56,552 nucleotides of DNA from Thelocarpon superellum (lineage: Eukaryota): the NCBI GenBank assembly GCA_026025795.1, contig JAPEUG010000072.1, forward strand, positions 1 through 56,552, in the 5' to 3' direction. Of this stretch, positions 26,035-38,338 are shown in pieces. The notes under the pieces were generated by a model that had not been told where the DNA came from, searched no databases, and was given only the letters and a program-made list of their open reading frames with translations. Position numbers and translations under genes: made by a program. Every line of letters starts with the position of its first letter. Position 1 is the first letter of the stretch.

Positions 26035-26853
26035 CTATAATCCACCAGTCTGAGTCGGACAGTTAGCACCCACTCCGTAAAATGCACACTGACAAGGGCG
26101 CTCACGATGAAGCTATCCAAGGCCAGCTCGAAGAGCTCGTTGGCAACTCCGACCCCTCCAGGATGCTCGACGGCTACAGACCCAATTAGCGACCACGCGG
26201 GTATTGGCTCGACCACGTACGCGAGAGCGGATTCTTGACCACTGCGACCGAGCAGCGGTTAGAATGTGACCCTTACGATCAGGAGCCCTGGACATTACCG
26301 TATTCCACATAGAGATTGACGTAGATCTGGTGCAGCACGATGCGAAGATTATTCGTCTTGGTGTCTGTAAGCATCACAAACTTCAGATTGGTCGGCGTCT
26401 CGTAATAGTGAAGTTTGTATTGGCCGGTCCGGTACGAGATGAAGCTGCGTCCCCGGCCGGCTCGTTCAGCACTCGTTCCTGTGGATGGATCGGAGGCCAA
26501 CGGCAAGGATCATTCGATCTTGTTCTATCGGTCTCCGATCAAGACACGGAGCATACGAACCTGTCCTCGGGCCCGCCCAGCTTGCGAACCATGTTACGCA
26601 GGGAGAAGATAGTGCCGAAGATCAGCTTGGCATCGTCGGCCGCGCTGAGCCGGCCCCCTCGCGAGCGGGAGGATGCGTCGCCGTTGTTGATGATGGTCGG
26701 CAGCCAGCTCTTGTGGTAGATGCATTCCGCTACCAGTAACCGTCAGATGTGAGATCGAGATTGCACGCAGAAGGGAGGGGGGAGGGGGGAGGGGGGAGGA
26801 TAGACGAGGGCCTTACTGTGCCGGTCGAAGATGTAAAAGGAGTAGACCGTCAT
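26035..26853 (-). CDS. BET5: TRAPP complex subunit Bet5/TRAPPC1 (6 exons)
   Basis: MTVYSFYIFDRH|TECIY, DDAKLIFGTIFSLRNMVRKL, YRTGQYKLHYYETPTNLKFVMLTD and LYVEYVVKNPLS. Confidence 0.93.
26773..26799 (+). repeat. G-run tract GGGA(GGGGGGA)3GG, G-quadruplex-capable
   Basis: Read directly. Lies inside BET5 intron 1 (C-rich on the BET5 sense strand), about 375 nt upstream of the CaMKK ATG. Confidence 0.8.
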
Positions 26854-27173
26854 GGCCTCGACCTCCACCTGGGCTGTGATCAGGTTCAAGTCTGCTCGGT
26901 GGCATGATAAATGCCCCTCCTACCCATGCCCACGCCGCTTATCCGCTCGCGAGCACGGTACGGTTAGTTGGTGCTCCGTCCGGAGATATGATCCACTCAT
27001 GCCGTTAGTTACAGCGATTCGATCGACCCCACCGTGACCTGACTCCTTTTCCTCAGCTCCGGCAGCGTCTCGTCCGCCATTGCCTTCGACCCGTATACGA
27101 TTCATTGACCATTGCATTGCTCTTGGGGCTTTAGTGACTTTACGCTCTACCAGCCTCGTCCGCCTGATGAGTC

Positions 27174-29124
27174 ATGCCCGGCACTCCAGATGGAGCACGG
27201 TCAGCTGAGGAGATCCCCGGACTGGTGCCGTCGCACGGAATCTCTGTAGAATCGCCCAACCCGGAACGCCCAGTGATTGTAAAGCATGTGTGAGAGTCCA
27301 TTGCGTCGGGAACAATGAGCCGATGGTTGACGTGCGCCCTGCTAGTTCGTCCCCAGCCTACGAAAGTCCCATCCGGCATCACCGTCGCAATCAGTCTACC
27401 CCGCGGCAGGTCAAGGTTGGTGACGGTCTTCTCTCTGATAGGGAAAGCCATCCGAGTTTTTGGGAGTACTAAGCAAGTGAGTGACCAGGAAACACTCAAT
27501 GCCCGATCAGAATATACCAACAGCGAAGATGACGGCCAGGCCCAGCATCGAATCAACCAGTACATCATCAAGCAGGAGATTGGCCGGGGATCTTTCGGTG
27601 CGGTGCACGTGGCGGTCGATCAGTATGGAAATGAATACGTACGAGAGCTGCTGCGTCTGACGTGACGGGTATTCCTCGGGGCTGACATTCTCGTCCACAG
27701 GCCGTCAAGGAGTTCTCGAAATCGCGTCTCCGAAAGCGCGCGCAGTCCAATATCCTTCGCCGGCCGGGTGGTCGCACCACGATACGCCGGCCTGGGCATC
27801 TGGCCGCCGGCATTGGCCTCAACTCGCCCTTGCACCGACACTCGGCCTCGGACATCCACGACCAGGAAGAGGGTGGCAATCCACTTTACTTGATTCAAGA
27901 GGAGATCGCAATCATGAAGAAGCTTAACCACGTGAACCTTGTCTCGTTGATCGAGGTGTTGGATGATCCGGCGGAAGATTCGCTCTATATGGTGCTGGAG
28001 ATGTGCAAAAAGGGAGTCATCATGAAAGTGGGCCTGGACGAAAAAGCCGACCCCTACGACGACGAAGACTGCCGGCGGTGGTTTCGCGATTTGCTTCTTG
28101 GAATTGAGTATCGTGCGTGAACCGTTCTCACCTCCGGCCATAAACGATTTACTAAGGGTCGATGCAACAGTACACGCCCAAGGCATCGTTCATCGAGATG
28201 TCAAGCCCGACAACCTACTCCTCACACACGACGACGTGCTCAAGATCGTCGACTTTGGCGTGTCGGAGATGTTTGAAAAGACGTCAGAGATGCTCACGGC
28301 CAAATCGGCAGGGTCGCCGGCCTTCCTCCCGCCCGAGCTCTGTGTGGCCAAGCACGGTGGCATCTCTGGCAAAGCGGCCGACATCTGGTCCATGGGCGTC
28401 ACGCTGTACTGTTTACGTTTCGGTCAGATCCCGTTCGAAAGGGCGGGGCTTTTGGATCTATACGAGACCATTAGACGTGACGAACCTGTTATTGCCACTG
28501 ACATGGATCCGGCGTTCGCTGACGTGTTGCGGAAATTGCTCGAGAAGGATCCGGACCAGCGGATCAAGATGCCTGAACTGAGAGTAGGTTGACCATGTCG
28601 CGACCGCACTCCGCTCCACATCTGACCTAGCTCAGGAGCACCGGTGGGTCACAAGGAACGGAACGGATCCGCTACTGTCCGTCGAGGAGAACACGGCGGA
28701 CTTGGTGGAGCCTCCGACAGAGGAGGAAATGAAGCTGGCCATCACGGGCAACTTCCGGCAGCTCCTGACCGTGGTATGCTCTGCCTGCCCCTGCTGATCG
28801 CTGCGGTTCTGATGGCGAACAGATGAAAGCCGTGAAGCGATTCAAAGACTTGACCTCCCGCAAACGCCCGAGACTCATGGACAGCGTGCTGGGCCGAGAC
28901 GAGGTGCAGCCACCCCAATCGATGTACGGCGGGGCGACTCGGCCGTCCTTATCACGCGGCAAAACAGATGATCTGCACGACCGACCACCAATCGAGCAAG
29001 TGCTGGCGACAGAGGGAGTACATCATGAGTTTCAAGTCAACGAGCTACGAGAAGTGCTCCCCCACCGGCAAGATTCCGCTGTGGCGCTTTCATCGGAGGG
29101 AGACACCAAGGAGGCTTCGTCATC

Positions 29125-29173
<49 letters not shown>

Positions 29174-29695
29174 CCTCCGGCGCGACCGAACCTGGACGCC
29201 GAGGCTCGAGAAATCTCCAACTCATCCGCGGGCAGCGCTGCACATAACAGCCGCAGCAGCACGTCGCGCGATTCAGCGAAAGGCCACGCCCACGATCCAC
29301 TCGAAGACCAGCCCATGATCCTAAACATCGGTCCCGGGGGGTTCGGCCCCCACGGTGGCGACAAGGATACTCACAACGACAATGACAATGACGATGACGA
29401 TAAATTCGAGTACCCACTCAAAAACATAGTAAGCGAATCACCACCAGCAGCGGACATCAACATCTACGAGACGGCGTACCGGAACGAGGTGGAGCGGATC
29501 CAAGAGGCGCAGGGGCGATCCGCGACGGTATACCTGACGCGGCGGGTGGAGAAACTGAAGGGGAAGATGGAAGCACATGGATTTGGCGTGGAGGACCACG
29601 GCGGTAGTGGTCATGCTCAGGATGGGGGCAGACCTAAAGTCGGCTGGGCTAGTCTGCTGGACAAGACGAAGGGGTTGAGCGACCATGGGGGTTGA
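27174..29695 (+). CDS. Calcium/calmodulin-dependent protein kinase kinase (CaMKK, CmkC/Ssp1-like), 7 exons
   Basis: INQYIIKQEIGRGSFGAV, AVKEFSKSRLRKR, EEIAIMKKLNH, HRDVKPDNLL, DFG, AGSPAFLPPE and ADIWSMGVTLYCL. Arg/Pro-rich insert typical of CaMKK. Confidence 0.9.
29125..29172 (+). repeat. Hexanucleotide microsatellite (cacagg)8 encoding (Thr-Gly)8 in the CaMKK C-terminal tail
   Basis: Read directly. In frame with the last CaMKK exon. Confidence 0.95.
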
Positions 29696-30182
29696 TTGTG
29701 CAACTATACATTGGCGGGGGAGACGGCGGGTGTTGGTATCATTGTGGTAGCAGCGCCGGCGCAGGAGTGGGTGCTGCGGTAGTATACAGGATATCGTATA
29801 ATATAGATCAACTCGAGGCCGTGAATTGAGAGACGTATGTACTTCATACCTCCTATACACATGCGACTATCCACCAGCCCTTCCCTTGGCGTTTCGATAT
29901 GAAGTGAAAGAAAATGAAGAGAAGAGAAATGATGCCGTGGAATAATCCTCCCTCCCGATTCGCTCTCCTATCCGTCCCTTCCCATTCCATCCATTTCGTT
30001 CATTCGTATGGCGCAGTCTAGACAGCGATGACCGACGACGGGCAAGTGGTGACGCAGGATGGCATGGCAATCGAAGAGCGCAGCTATGCCGCGAAACAGC
30101 TCTCCATCTCCGCCTTCATTTGCAGTGTGGGCCGTCGTCTCCTCCGTCGAGGCTACGGTGCGATGACGATGGTAACGGCCCA

Positions 30183-30578
30183 CTAGCCGCGGCGGAAAAT
30201 GCCACCGAAAAGGGCGCCGAGGCCGCCGAGGCCTCCCCCGTCGCCACCGCTACCGTCGCCATTGTTGATTTCTTCTTCGCCCACGGTCACACCGGGCGCT
30301 TGCTGAATGTTGTGCGACTCGACCGGTATGCCGGGACTGCCACGTCGAATGATCCCGCCATCGAATAGAGCGGCGAGGTCAAGGCCTCCGCCGGTTCCTG
30401 CGCCTGCGCCAGATTCGAACTGTTGATCTATTTCTTGTTGTTGTTCTTCTTCGGCCTCGGTTGGTCGGGCGGGGATGCCTGGATCACCGCGGCGGACGAC
30501 TGCTGCGTCGGTGGGTAGGGCGGTGGCGGCGGCGGCGAGGACGAGGACGAGCACCTTGATGCTGCTGGAGAGATGCAT
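30183..30578 (-). CDS. Small secreted repeat protein (131 aa), putative Kex2-processed peptide precursor
   Basis: Signal peptide MHLSSSIKVLVLVLAAAATA|LP. Three RR-G sites delimit two homologous ~50-aa units. Confidence 0.75.
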   Translation of the reverse strand: MHLSSSIKVLVLVLAAAATALPTDAAVVRRGDPGIPARPTEAEEEQQQEIDQQFESGAGAGTGGGLDLAALFDGGIIRRGSPGIPVESHNIQQAPGVTVGEEEINNGDGSGGDGGGLGGLGALFGGIFRRG

Positions 30579-31838
30579 GGCTCCGGTCTATCCTGGATCG
30601 AGACTTGCTTCGGACAGGCTGTGGTGGATGATTAAGGTGCGCTCGGAATCGAGGATGAGTCAAAGGAAGGAAGGAAGTTGAGAATGAGAATGAGAGGATC
30701 GTGACCGGCACTTTGAGCTCCAAAACGACAGATTGAGAACGTTTGCAGGCCAAGCTGTCAAAGCTGGTGCGTGGTGAGACGATGGCGGACTGCTGGGCGA
30801 CGGCCACGCCTTATATTTTGCGTCTGTTCCCATGCTGTCCAAGTCATGCAATGAACGACACATCCAGGAGGAGGAAATGCGACGGCACCAGCTTCATACA
30901 AAACCTCTCCTGTGCCGGCCATGGTCGATACCACATGGATGCACCCCATGGTAGCCCATGTACTCGACGCCCAAGCCGTGGCCAGCAGATGGGCCAGCTG
31001 GCCGCGCAATGTAGTGATCGACTTTCGGCAACGTAGGGATCGACGACAATGTGCCTCGCTACTGTATGAATGCGTGCGTAGGCAATCGAACAGCTTCTGG
31101 GGAAATCAACGCCAGGACTCCAGGGACGCGGACGGAGCGGGTCGGCAGATCTGCGACGATGGGCGGTCTGGTCTGAGCGCCGTTGTAGGTGGGCTATAGT
31201 ATATTTGGGCCCTGGATTGTTCAATCAAATAAGTTTGACCATTGCAGCAGATCACACTCGCTACAGCGTGACACAGTTGAAAGCTTCAAGCTGACCTCGC
31301 TTAACCCAAAAGTCGTCCGCAGTATGTTAGTACAACGGACAGACACCAACACCCCCAGCTACGAGCGGGGCATGGCACGGCACACGGGAAGGCGGACCAG
31401 GAAAGTGAGGGTGAAACTGGGGCGAACGCCTCGACCGCAACAAGCGAGAAAGGACACGAGGGTGGAGGGCGGCAGCCGAGGGATGGCGTTCGACTAACTT
31501 ACCGAAATCTCTAGCGATCCAACCCTGCAACACCAGTGAATGACCACGGCTACGAACTTACTGCTACCAACAATACCTTCCCTACCACCAACATCACCAC
31601 CGCACTGCTGGCGGTAGCGTAGGGCGAACATCCCACTCGCGAGCAGTCGGAAAGGATGTAACCCGCGTCTACTGTCCGCCAATCCGTCCGACGTAGGCTA
31701 GGCCTTGTACCCTGCCTTATTCTACTGCACCATGCGCGCTACGTGGAGACAAACCACATCTTCAACGTTCCCGCAGCGGGGTGCACGATGTTCATTTTCT
31801 TCATTACGACGGTGATGGTGAAAGCGACCGTGTCAGTT

Positions 31839-31868
31839 TGCGTGTGCGTGTGCGTGCGCGTGTGCGTG
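31839..31868. repeat. Imperfect GT/GC-rich microsatellite ((gtgtgc)/(gcgt)n)
   Basis: Read directly in the long intergenic region. Confidence 0.7.
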
Positions 31869-33568
31869 TTCGCACGCCACCGTAGATCATTCTTGGCGAA
31901 ACCCGCCATTGCGGCCACAGCAGACGGGCACTCGGATGTGCCGCAGTAGCATTCCGACCTCAAATGTCAACGTGCTAGGCCAACCACCGCTTGTTGAGTC
32001 GGAGGGTCGACATGCACTGCAAGGCGCGACATGCAAGTACTCGTAACTACCATACATCAGCCGGCAAGCCAGCTGGAAGCTTGCGCCGCGTTTGCATTGG
32101 CGTGGACGGTATGCGCTGGACGTGATCGCGTCGAACAGCGGTCGAGGCATGCCGAAGCAGAAAGATGTATGAGGCATTAATGTCCTCGCTATCTCCCTTT
32201 CTGGTCCGCCCCCTCTTCTTCCCGGCCAGAGACAGTCGCACGCCCCCGTTACCAAGCGGGATCTCTCGTAGCCCGGCATCTCTTGCTCGCTCCGCCCGCG
32301 GCAAGGCCGGGCGAACCCGCAGCGCAAGGGAGACCTGTAGGCCGTGCTGCGTCGCGCCCCATCTGGCGATGCTCGGCTGCGAAGGTCATCACACCCTGTT
32401 GGCCGAGAATAGCACAACGCCATGTCGGAGCTCATTCCCAGCAGGACCATCTGCACGTCCACCACCCACCGTCCAATGGCTGATCCGGATTCTCAAAGGG
32501 AGGGCGGCGAAGACAGGGCCATGGTGGAAGATTGTCGCGTGGATGGGGTGTGCGGACCTTGAATGCCATTGGCGTCCAGCCCGTTGTCGTCATCTCTGCG
32601 AGGACCAGCAGACCGCCGGTGGCACGGTGCCTTCATACCGATGAGCGCGCGCACCCAGATCTGATCAATTCTCAATCAGTAGTCCGACCTCTTCCCTTCC
32701 ACCTTACACAAAATGTGGCGCATGGTCTCATGGTGCGAGCTACCTGAGCCGGTCGTCCCGGCGCACGAGCAGCATGGGGCACGGCGACCTTGGTCAAAGC
32801 AAGACTGGGTGGGCGTTACGCTGTTGAAATGCACAACGCTTGCCTGCATGCTCGAGCCAGATTCTTTACAGGCTACAGATGCAACATTGATTGCAGGTCG
32901 CTGCCGGTGCCAGCTGGTAGACGAAGGTCAGCCGGTCCGAGTCGGTCTGAGTACGTAGGCCGCGGATGGCGGACGGCGGACCGTGGCAAAAACGCGCCTC
33001 GGTGCTCTCGCACTACCAGGCCTAGTACAGTGAAAGTCACGACGAGCAGCTCACGACAGTGGTGCAACGCTTGCCCCTCCTTCGCTTCGACGCGCGAGAG
33101 CAGAGGGCAGAGGCGAGAGACGACAGGCGAGAGGATAGAGGATAGAGGAAAGAGAGGGGTCGTCATGGTCCGGCGTTGAAGACAAATCTCAACCTCGCAG
33201 GGGTCCGTGGACGACGCCGTGGACGACGTCTGGAAGCTGCCAGATCGTGGAATCTGCCCGTGAGCAGAGTGCGATGACGAGACGAGCGCGGACGGAGAAG
33301 CGTTGGAAATGGGCCGGAAATGGGCCGGAAATGGCTCTCCGGCCGGTCGCTGGCGCGCTGACCGTGGGCCATGGGCCACGGACACGTGTAGACAGGGTCT
33401 TTTAGCACCGATGCAGCTGGCACATTCTTTCCACCGCCGGGCTCGCCAGCCCGGGCCTGTTTTCGCTCTCGTTCTCGCTCTCGTTTCGCCCTTTCGGTCG
33501 CGCCCGCGTTGGGAAGCCATTTGTCAGACCTTTCTCCTGGTTCTGCACTCGCACTAGACCTACCGCAG

Positions 33569-33727
33569 GTATTCCCTCCCTGCTCACGTACGACGGTGCA
33601 GCAGACGAGTCGTAGAGCCGGCCATGTCTTCTCCACTCGTCCCATACCGCGCGCGCCCTCGGCCGCCTGGCTCGGTCTCTTTCACTGCCCGTTCTATCGC
33701 TAACTAATCCGCTGCAACACGCGCCAG
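33569..33727 (+). other. Probable 5'-UTR intron of the Sat4/Hal4 kinase gene
   Basis: CAG|GTATTC donor, GCTAAC branch point at 33699 and CAG acceptor at 33725-33727. No ATG lies between the acceptor and the kinase ATG at 34131. Confidence 0.55.
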
Positions 33728-34130
33728 AGACCCGTCACGCTGCTTCGTCGGCGGGCCCGCCGCCCGTCGCCCGCCAGGTCGCCAGGTCGCCCCAAATAAT
33801 AACCCGCCAGGCTCTTGCCCTCCCCACCCCCAAAGTCCCACCATCGTGACTCGTGGGCCGTTTCATCGTCGCTCTCGTTCGCCTGCCATCAAGGTCTTGT
33901 GGAGTCGGAGTGCCACGTTGACGGTCGCGGAGCCATCTGCGACGCTGCTCACCATCTGCCGTTTTGAGTAACGACCCCACCAGGGCTGGTCTGACGGGCA
34001 TTGCCCTCACGACATCTTCTCCAACAGCCCCGGTTCCTCGACTGTGTCCGCTTTGATTTCTCTTCCCAATCACCTCCTTCCTCCCCCGCTGCACCGCCTC
34101 AGGCTTTCGCCCACGACACCATCACCATCT

Positions 34131-35762
34131 ATGCAGCAAGCATCCATTTCACCGACCCCATCCGCTTCCGCTTCTGCTTCCGCTTCCGCTCCCTCGCCAT
34201 CTCTCCCACCCGCCGACCATGGACCGATGAAGTCTACCGGCGCCGTGGCCAACGGCGCGGTCCTCAATGGCTCAGCCGAGCCCGCCAGCACCGTGGCGGC
34301 GACAGCCTCCAAAAAGCCCAACTTGACGCAACGCCTCACGCGCATGTTTTCGCAGAATGGCATCAAGACGGTCAATGCCAAACCATCCGACCCCACCAAA
34401 GAGGGCGGGCTCGACAAGACGACGGAGGCCAGCGCGTCAGACACCGAAGGTAGCGTGGCCAGCCGGTCCGACACCTCGGCCGTGGCGTCGCGTCAGTCCT
34501 CCCATGTCGACAAGCGACCCGACATCAAGCGCGGCCAGAGCGTGCCGGCGTCGAAGACCAAGGACAAAGACCTGGACCCGAACTGCTGGTCGCTGAAGCG
34601 CTTCGAGATGCTCGCGGATGGCTCGCACCTGCACCACCTGAAGAGCACCAAGCGACAAGAGAAACTCTCGGACATGCTCCGCGACATGCTCGGCGGCAAG
34701 AAGCGCGAGGAACAAGCCCCCGACGACGACCAGCAGCTCTCGCTCATGTCGACCTGGGTGGACCAGCTAAAGCACGAGCGCGAGAAGCTGGCGTCAGACA
34801 AGAAGGGCGGGCCCAACGCCACGGCGACGCTGGTGGAGAAGTACGGCAAGTGCCAGGAGATCATCGGGCGCGGTGCCTTTGGCATCGTGCGCATCTCCCA
34901 CAAGACCAACCCCAAAGACGCCAAGATGGAGCAGCTCTACGCCGTCAAGGAGTTCCGCCGACGTCCGCAAGAATCGCCCAAGAAGTACCAGAAGCGACTG
35001 ACGTCGGAATTCTGCATCTCCTCGGCGCTTCGGCACCCCAACGTCATCCACACCCTCGACCTGCTCAAGGACGCCAAGGGCGACTACTGCGAGGTGATGG
35101 AGTTCTGTGCCGGCGGCGATCTCTACACGCTCGTCCTGGCCGCGGGCCGATTGGACGTCAACGAGGCCGACTGCTACTTCAAGCAGCTCATGCGTGGCGT
35201 CGAGTACATGCACGAGATGGGCGTCGCGCACCGCGACCTCAAGCCCGAGAATCTCCTCCTCACGACGCACGGCTCACTCAAGATCACCGACTTTGGCAAC
35301 GGCGAGTGCTTCCGCATGGCCTGGGAGAAGGACGCCCACATGACCGCGGGCCTCTGTGGCTCGGCCCCTTACATCGCCCCGGAAGAGTACACGGACAAGG
35401 AGTTTGACCCTCGCGCGGTCGATGTCTGGGCCTGCGGGGTCATCTACATGGCCATGCGGACGGGTCGACACCTCTGGCGCCTGGCCAAGAAGGACGAGGA
35501 CGAGTTCTACAACAAGTACCTCGAGGGCCGTCGTGACGAGGATGGCTATGGCCCCATCGAGTCGCTCCATCGGGTAAGTCTCGCTCCCCCCGCACGCGTG
35601 ATGGGACGGGTCACTGATCAAGCTACGTAGGCTCGGTGTCGAAACGTCATCTACTCCATCCTCGATCCCAACTCCACCCGTCGCATCACGGCCTCCCAAG
35701 TGCTCAAATCGGAGTGGGGCCGGGAGATCAAACTCTGCCGTGCCGGTGAAGAGGGCTTCTGA
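34131..35762 (+). CDS. SAT4: HAL-family Ser/Thr kinase (Sat4/Hal4/HalA-like), 2 coding exons
   Basis: HLHHLKSTKRQEKLSDMLRDML, EKYGKCQEIIGRGAFG, KRLTSEFCISSALRHPN, HRDLKPEN, DFGNGECF and GLCGSAPYIAPEE. Confidence 0.9.
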
Positions 35763-36650
35763 CCCAGGCAGACGGGCCGAACGTGATGGGCGGGTTGGCG
35801 GGTGTGTCAAGTTCTTCGACTCTTTTCTTCCCCTTCCTGCTCCTCTCTATCGTCGATTCGCCATTCGCCGCCAATCAACCATCACCTTGGCCCTGCAATC
35901 ACCCTGTTCCCATTCCTCTTCCACCCTCTCTCACCACCCTACCTCCACTGTCTGCGCGCTCTACTTCCCCTTGCTTCCCCCTTTCCCCCCTGCACATATG
36001 CATATTGATCCTGGCGTCACGACCCGCCTCTTTGCGTGTTGATGCCACCGACCTCGGCGCATGACCGCCTCTTCGCATCGTAACCCCACATTTGATATCC
36101 CGTCATTGGACTGTCGTTTATCGCAGCGTTATCTAGCACTGGCGTTTTCGAGACTCGCGCGTGGGCAGAATCTGAGAAACGGTCTGGGCTCATCTTCTTT
36201 TGTCTCACCATCACCATCACCCACGAAATGCAATTCCTCGCGACCGCGGCTTCCCCGTCCCTCAGTCCCTTGTGTCGTCCTAGGTCGCATGTCATGTCGG
36301 TCGCGGGACGGTCTGTCTGGTCCATGTCGATGGACTTAGTTATGACACCTCGATGAGATATGAACATGGTAGCGATCGCATCACCGTCACCACCCTCACC
36401 TTCACCATCCCCATCCCCATCCCCATCCCCATCTTTTAAACACCATGACTCATTGGGCATATTGACAGACTAGCATCAGCAGCACTTAGGCCCTTGGTCC
36501 CCACCGTCATATCTGGTTTTGATCTCTCTCTCCGCCATTACCACCACCTTCCCCCTCGTACTCATACACACGTACAGCGAAGGGTACCAACGCTCCTACG
36601 ACGCGTCGGGCCGCCTCAGCGTCGAGGTGAACGACTTGTCGCGAAGGGAA

Positions 36651-37260
36651 TCAATTGTCGGCAGTGTTCTGGCCACTCTCAGCCCATTCGATCACCGCAT
36701 CCGAGGGATCGTCGTTGGGTCCCGACGATCCTCCGCCGTTATCTCCCTGGTTGTTGTTATTATTATCGTCGTTGTAATTCTTGTGGCCACCATTACCACC
36801 GTTGCCCCATTTTCCATCTCCGCCACCGTTGCCCCAATCGCCATGCCAGTCATCGTGGTGATCAGGAGGTGGAGGCGGTGGTGGGGGCGGCGGTGGGGGC
36901 GGGCCCCAGGAATGATCGTCATGATGGTCGTCGTGGTGGTCATCACCGCCCCAGCCGCCGCCGCCGCCGCCACCGCCACCATTACCGCCCCAGCCTCCGC
37001 CCCAGCTTTTGCCGCCACCACCACCCCAGCCTCCACCGCCATTATGATGACCACCGTAACTGGCGGGATTCGCTCCTGTTCCTCCTCTCGCGCCTGAGAG
37101 ACACGACGGTCAATGTCCGAGACTCTTGTCACCTCGGCTGTCGCATGGTCCGCCACTCACCAATCGACCGCGTCTCCGTCTCCATCTCCAGTGGCAAGGC
37201 GAAGGCGAGAGGGAGGAAGAAGGCGCAAACCGCGCTGGTGAGGAGACGAGAATACAACAT
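36651..37260 (-). CDS. Secreted Gly/Trp/His/Asp/Asn-rich low-complexity protein (180 aa, 2 exons)
   Basis: Exon 1 (37260-37161) encodes signal peptide MLYSRLLTSAVCAFFLPLAFA|LP. Intron 37160-37094 is GTGAGT..CAG. Exon 2 (37093-36651) is open in frame to a TGA. Confidence 0.75.
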
Positions 37261-38338
37261 GATGGGCGCGGGCGTGACCTTTCCAGACAAGATATCACAG
37301 CGACGGATGAATGAATGAATGGATGAATGAATTGATCCGAGGTCGGTCGAGCGCTCCGACGATGGATCCCTCACGCGGCAGCAGCCGGGCTATATGAGTC
37401 TTTATATGGTACACGAGCCTCGTGGAGGGAAAACGCATGGGAGAGCCATCACACCATGCCAGAGAAACACCGCCAACTCTGACGCGCGGTGGCACGGCCC
37501 GACCAACGGCGACAGACGAGAGGCACAGATTTGTGTTTGGCCCCATCAAGGGAAGAGGGACTTGGAACGACGCATACTAGTCGGTAATTGACTCGGAGTA
37601 TGGCGATGCACGGACGATGGATGAAGAAAACACAGTTGGGCGTGGGCGAGGTGATTGGCGGGGCTGACGCTTGCGGCGCCGAGCGATGGAAGGATCTCCA
37701 AGTAATGTCAATTTCATAACGGCAATGTCAAGCACTTGTCAAAGCGTCCTAAGCCCATGAGGCTTAATAGGAGAAGATGTCTGCAGCGGGAAACTCCTGA
37801 TGTCAACGAAGTAGCGCAACCGTGTCCCGCGTCCCGCGTCCCGCTTCTCTTTATGGCGCGGTCGTCAGTGCGGCGCCATTGCGTGCTGGCGTTGGTGGGC
37901 CATGGGCCGAGTAGGCCGTGGTGTCGTACGAGCAGTCGGCACCGCAGCCGTTGGGGCGGTGTGGCTGGAAGTGGCAGGTTGGTTGAGCCTCGCTCGAGCA
38001 AAGACGGGGGGAAAGGGCCTCGACGCGAGCGCCTGGACCCCGAGCGTGCGGACATGTTTAGGTAAGCGGATTCTATAAACGCCTCGAGGACTCTCGCAGT
38101 GACGTGGAGATGGACAGTCATGTCACGTGTACCGCTTTTCCGCATCGGGAGTACCCTGCCGTGGGCGGCGCGTCCACGGCCACGACCAAGACGAGGGGTA
38201 CCGACGTCAAGCGGACTGACGAGCGCAGCAGCTTGAATACGAGGGTTATCTACACGTCCAAGTGGAGCCATCCACTCATATTCAGACAATCGATCGACCA
38301 ACCTGCTCCTGATCTTAACGCTCTCCTCACTCGCCATC

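Noticed and set aside
36494..37318. Long plus-strand ORFs (274 aa, 192 aa) and the minus-strand 154-aa ORF
   Set aside because: These are shadow frames of the GGN-rich coding sequence. The spliced minus frame has a signal peptide and canonical splice sites.
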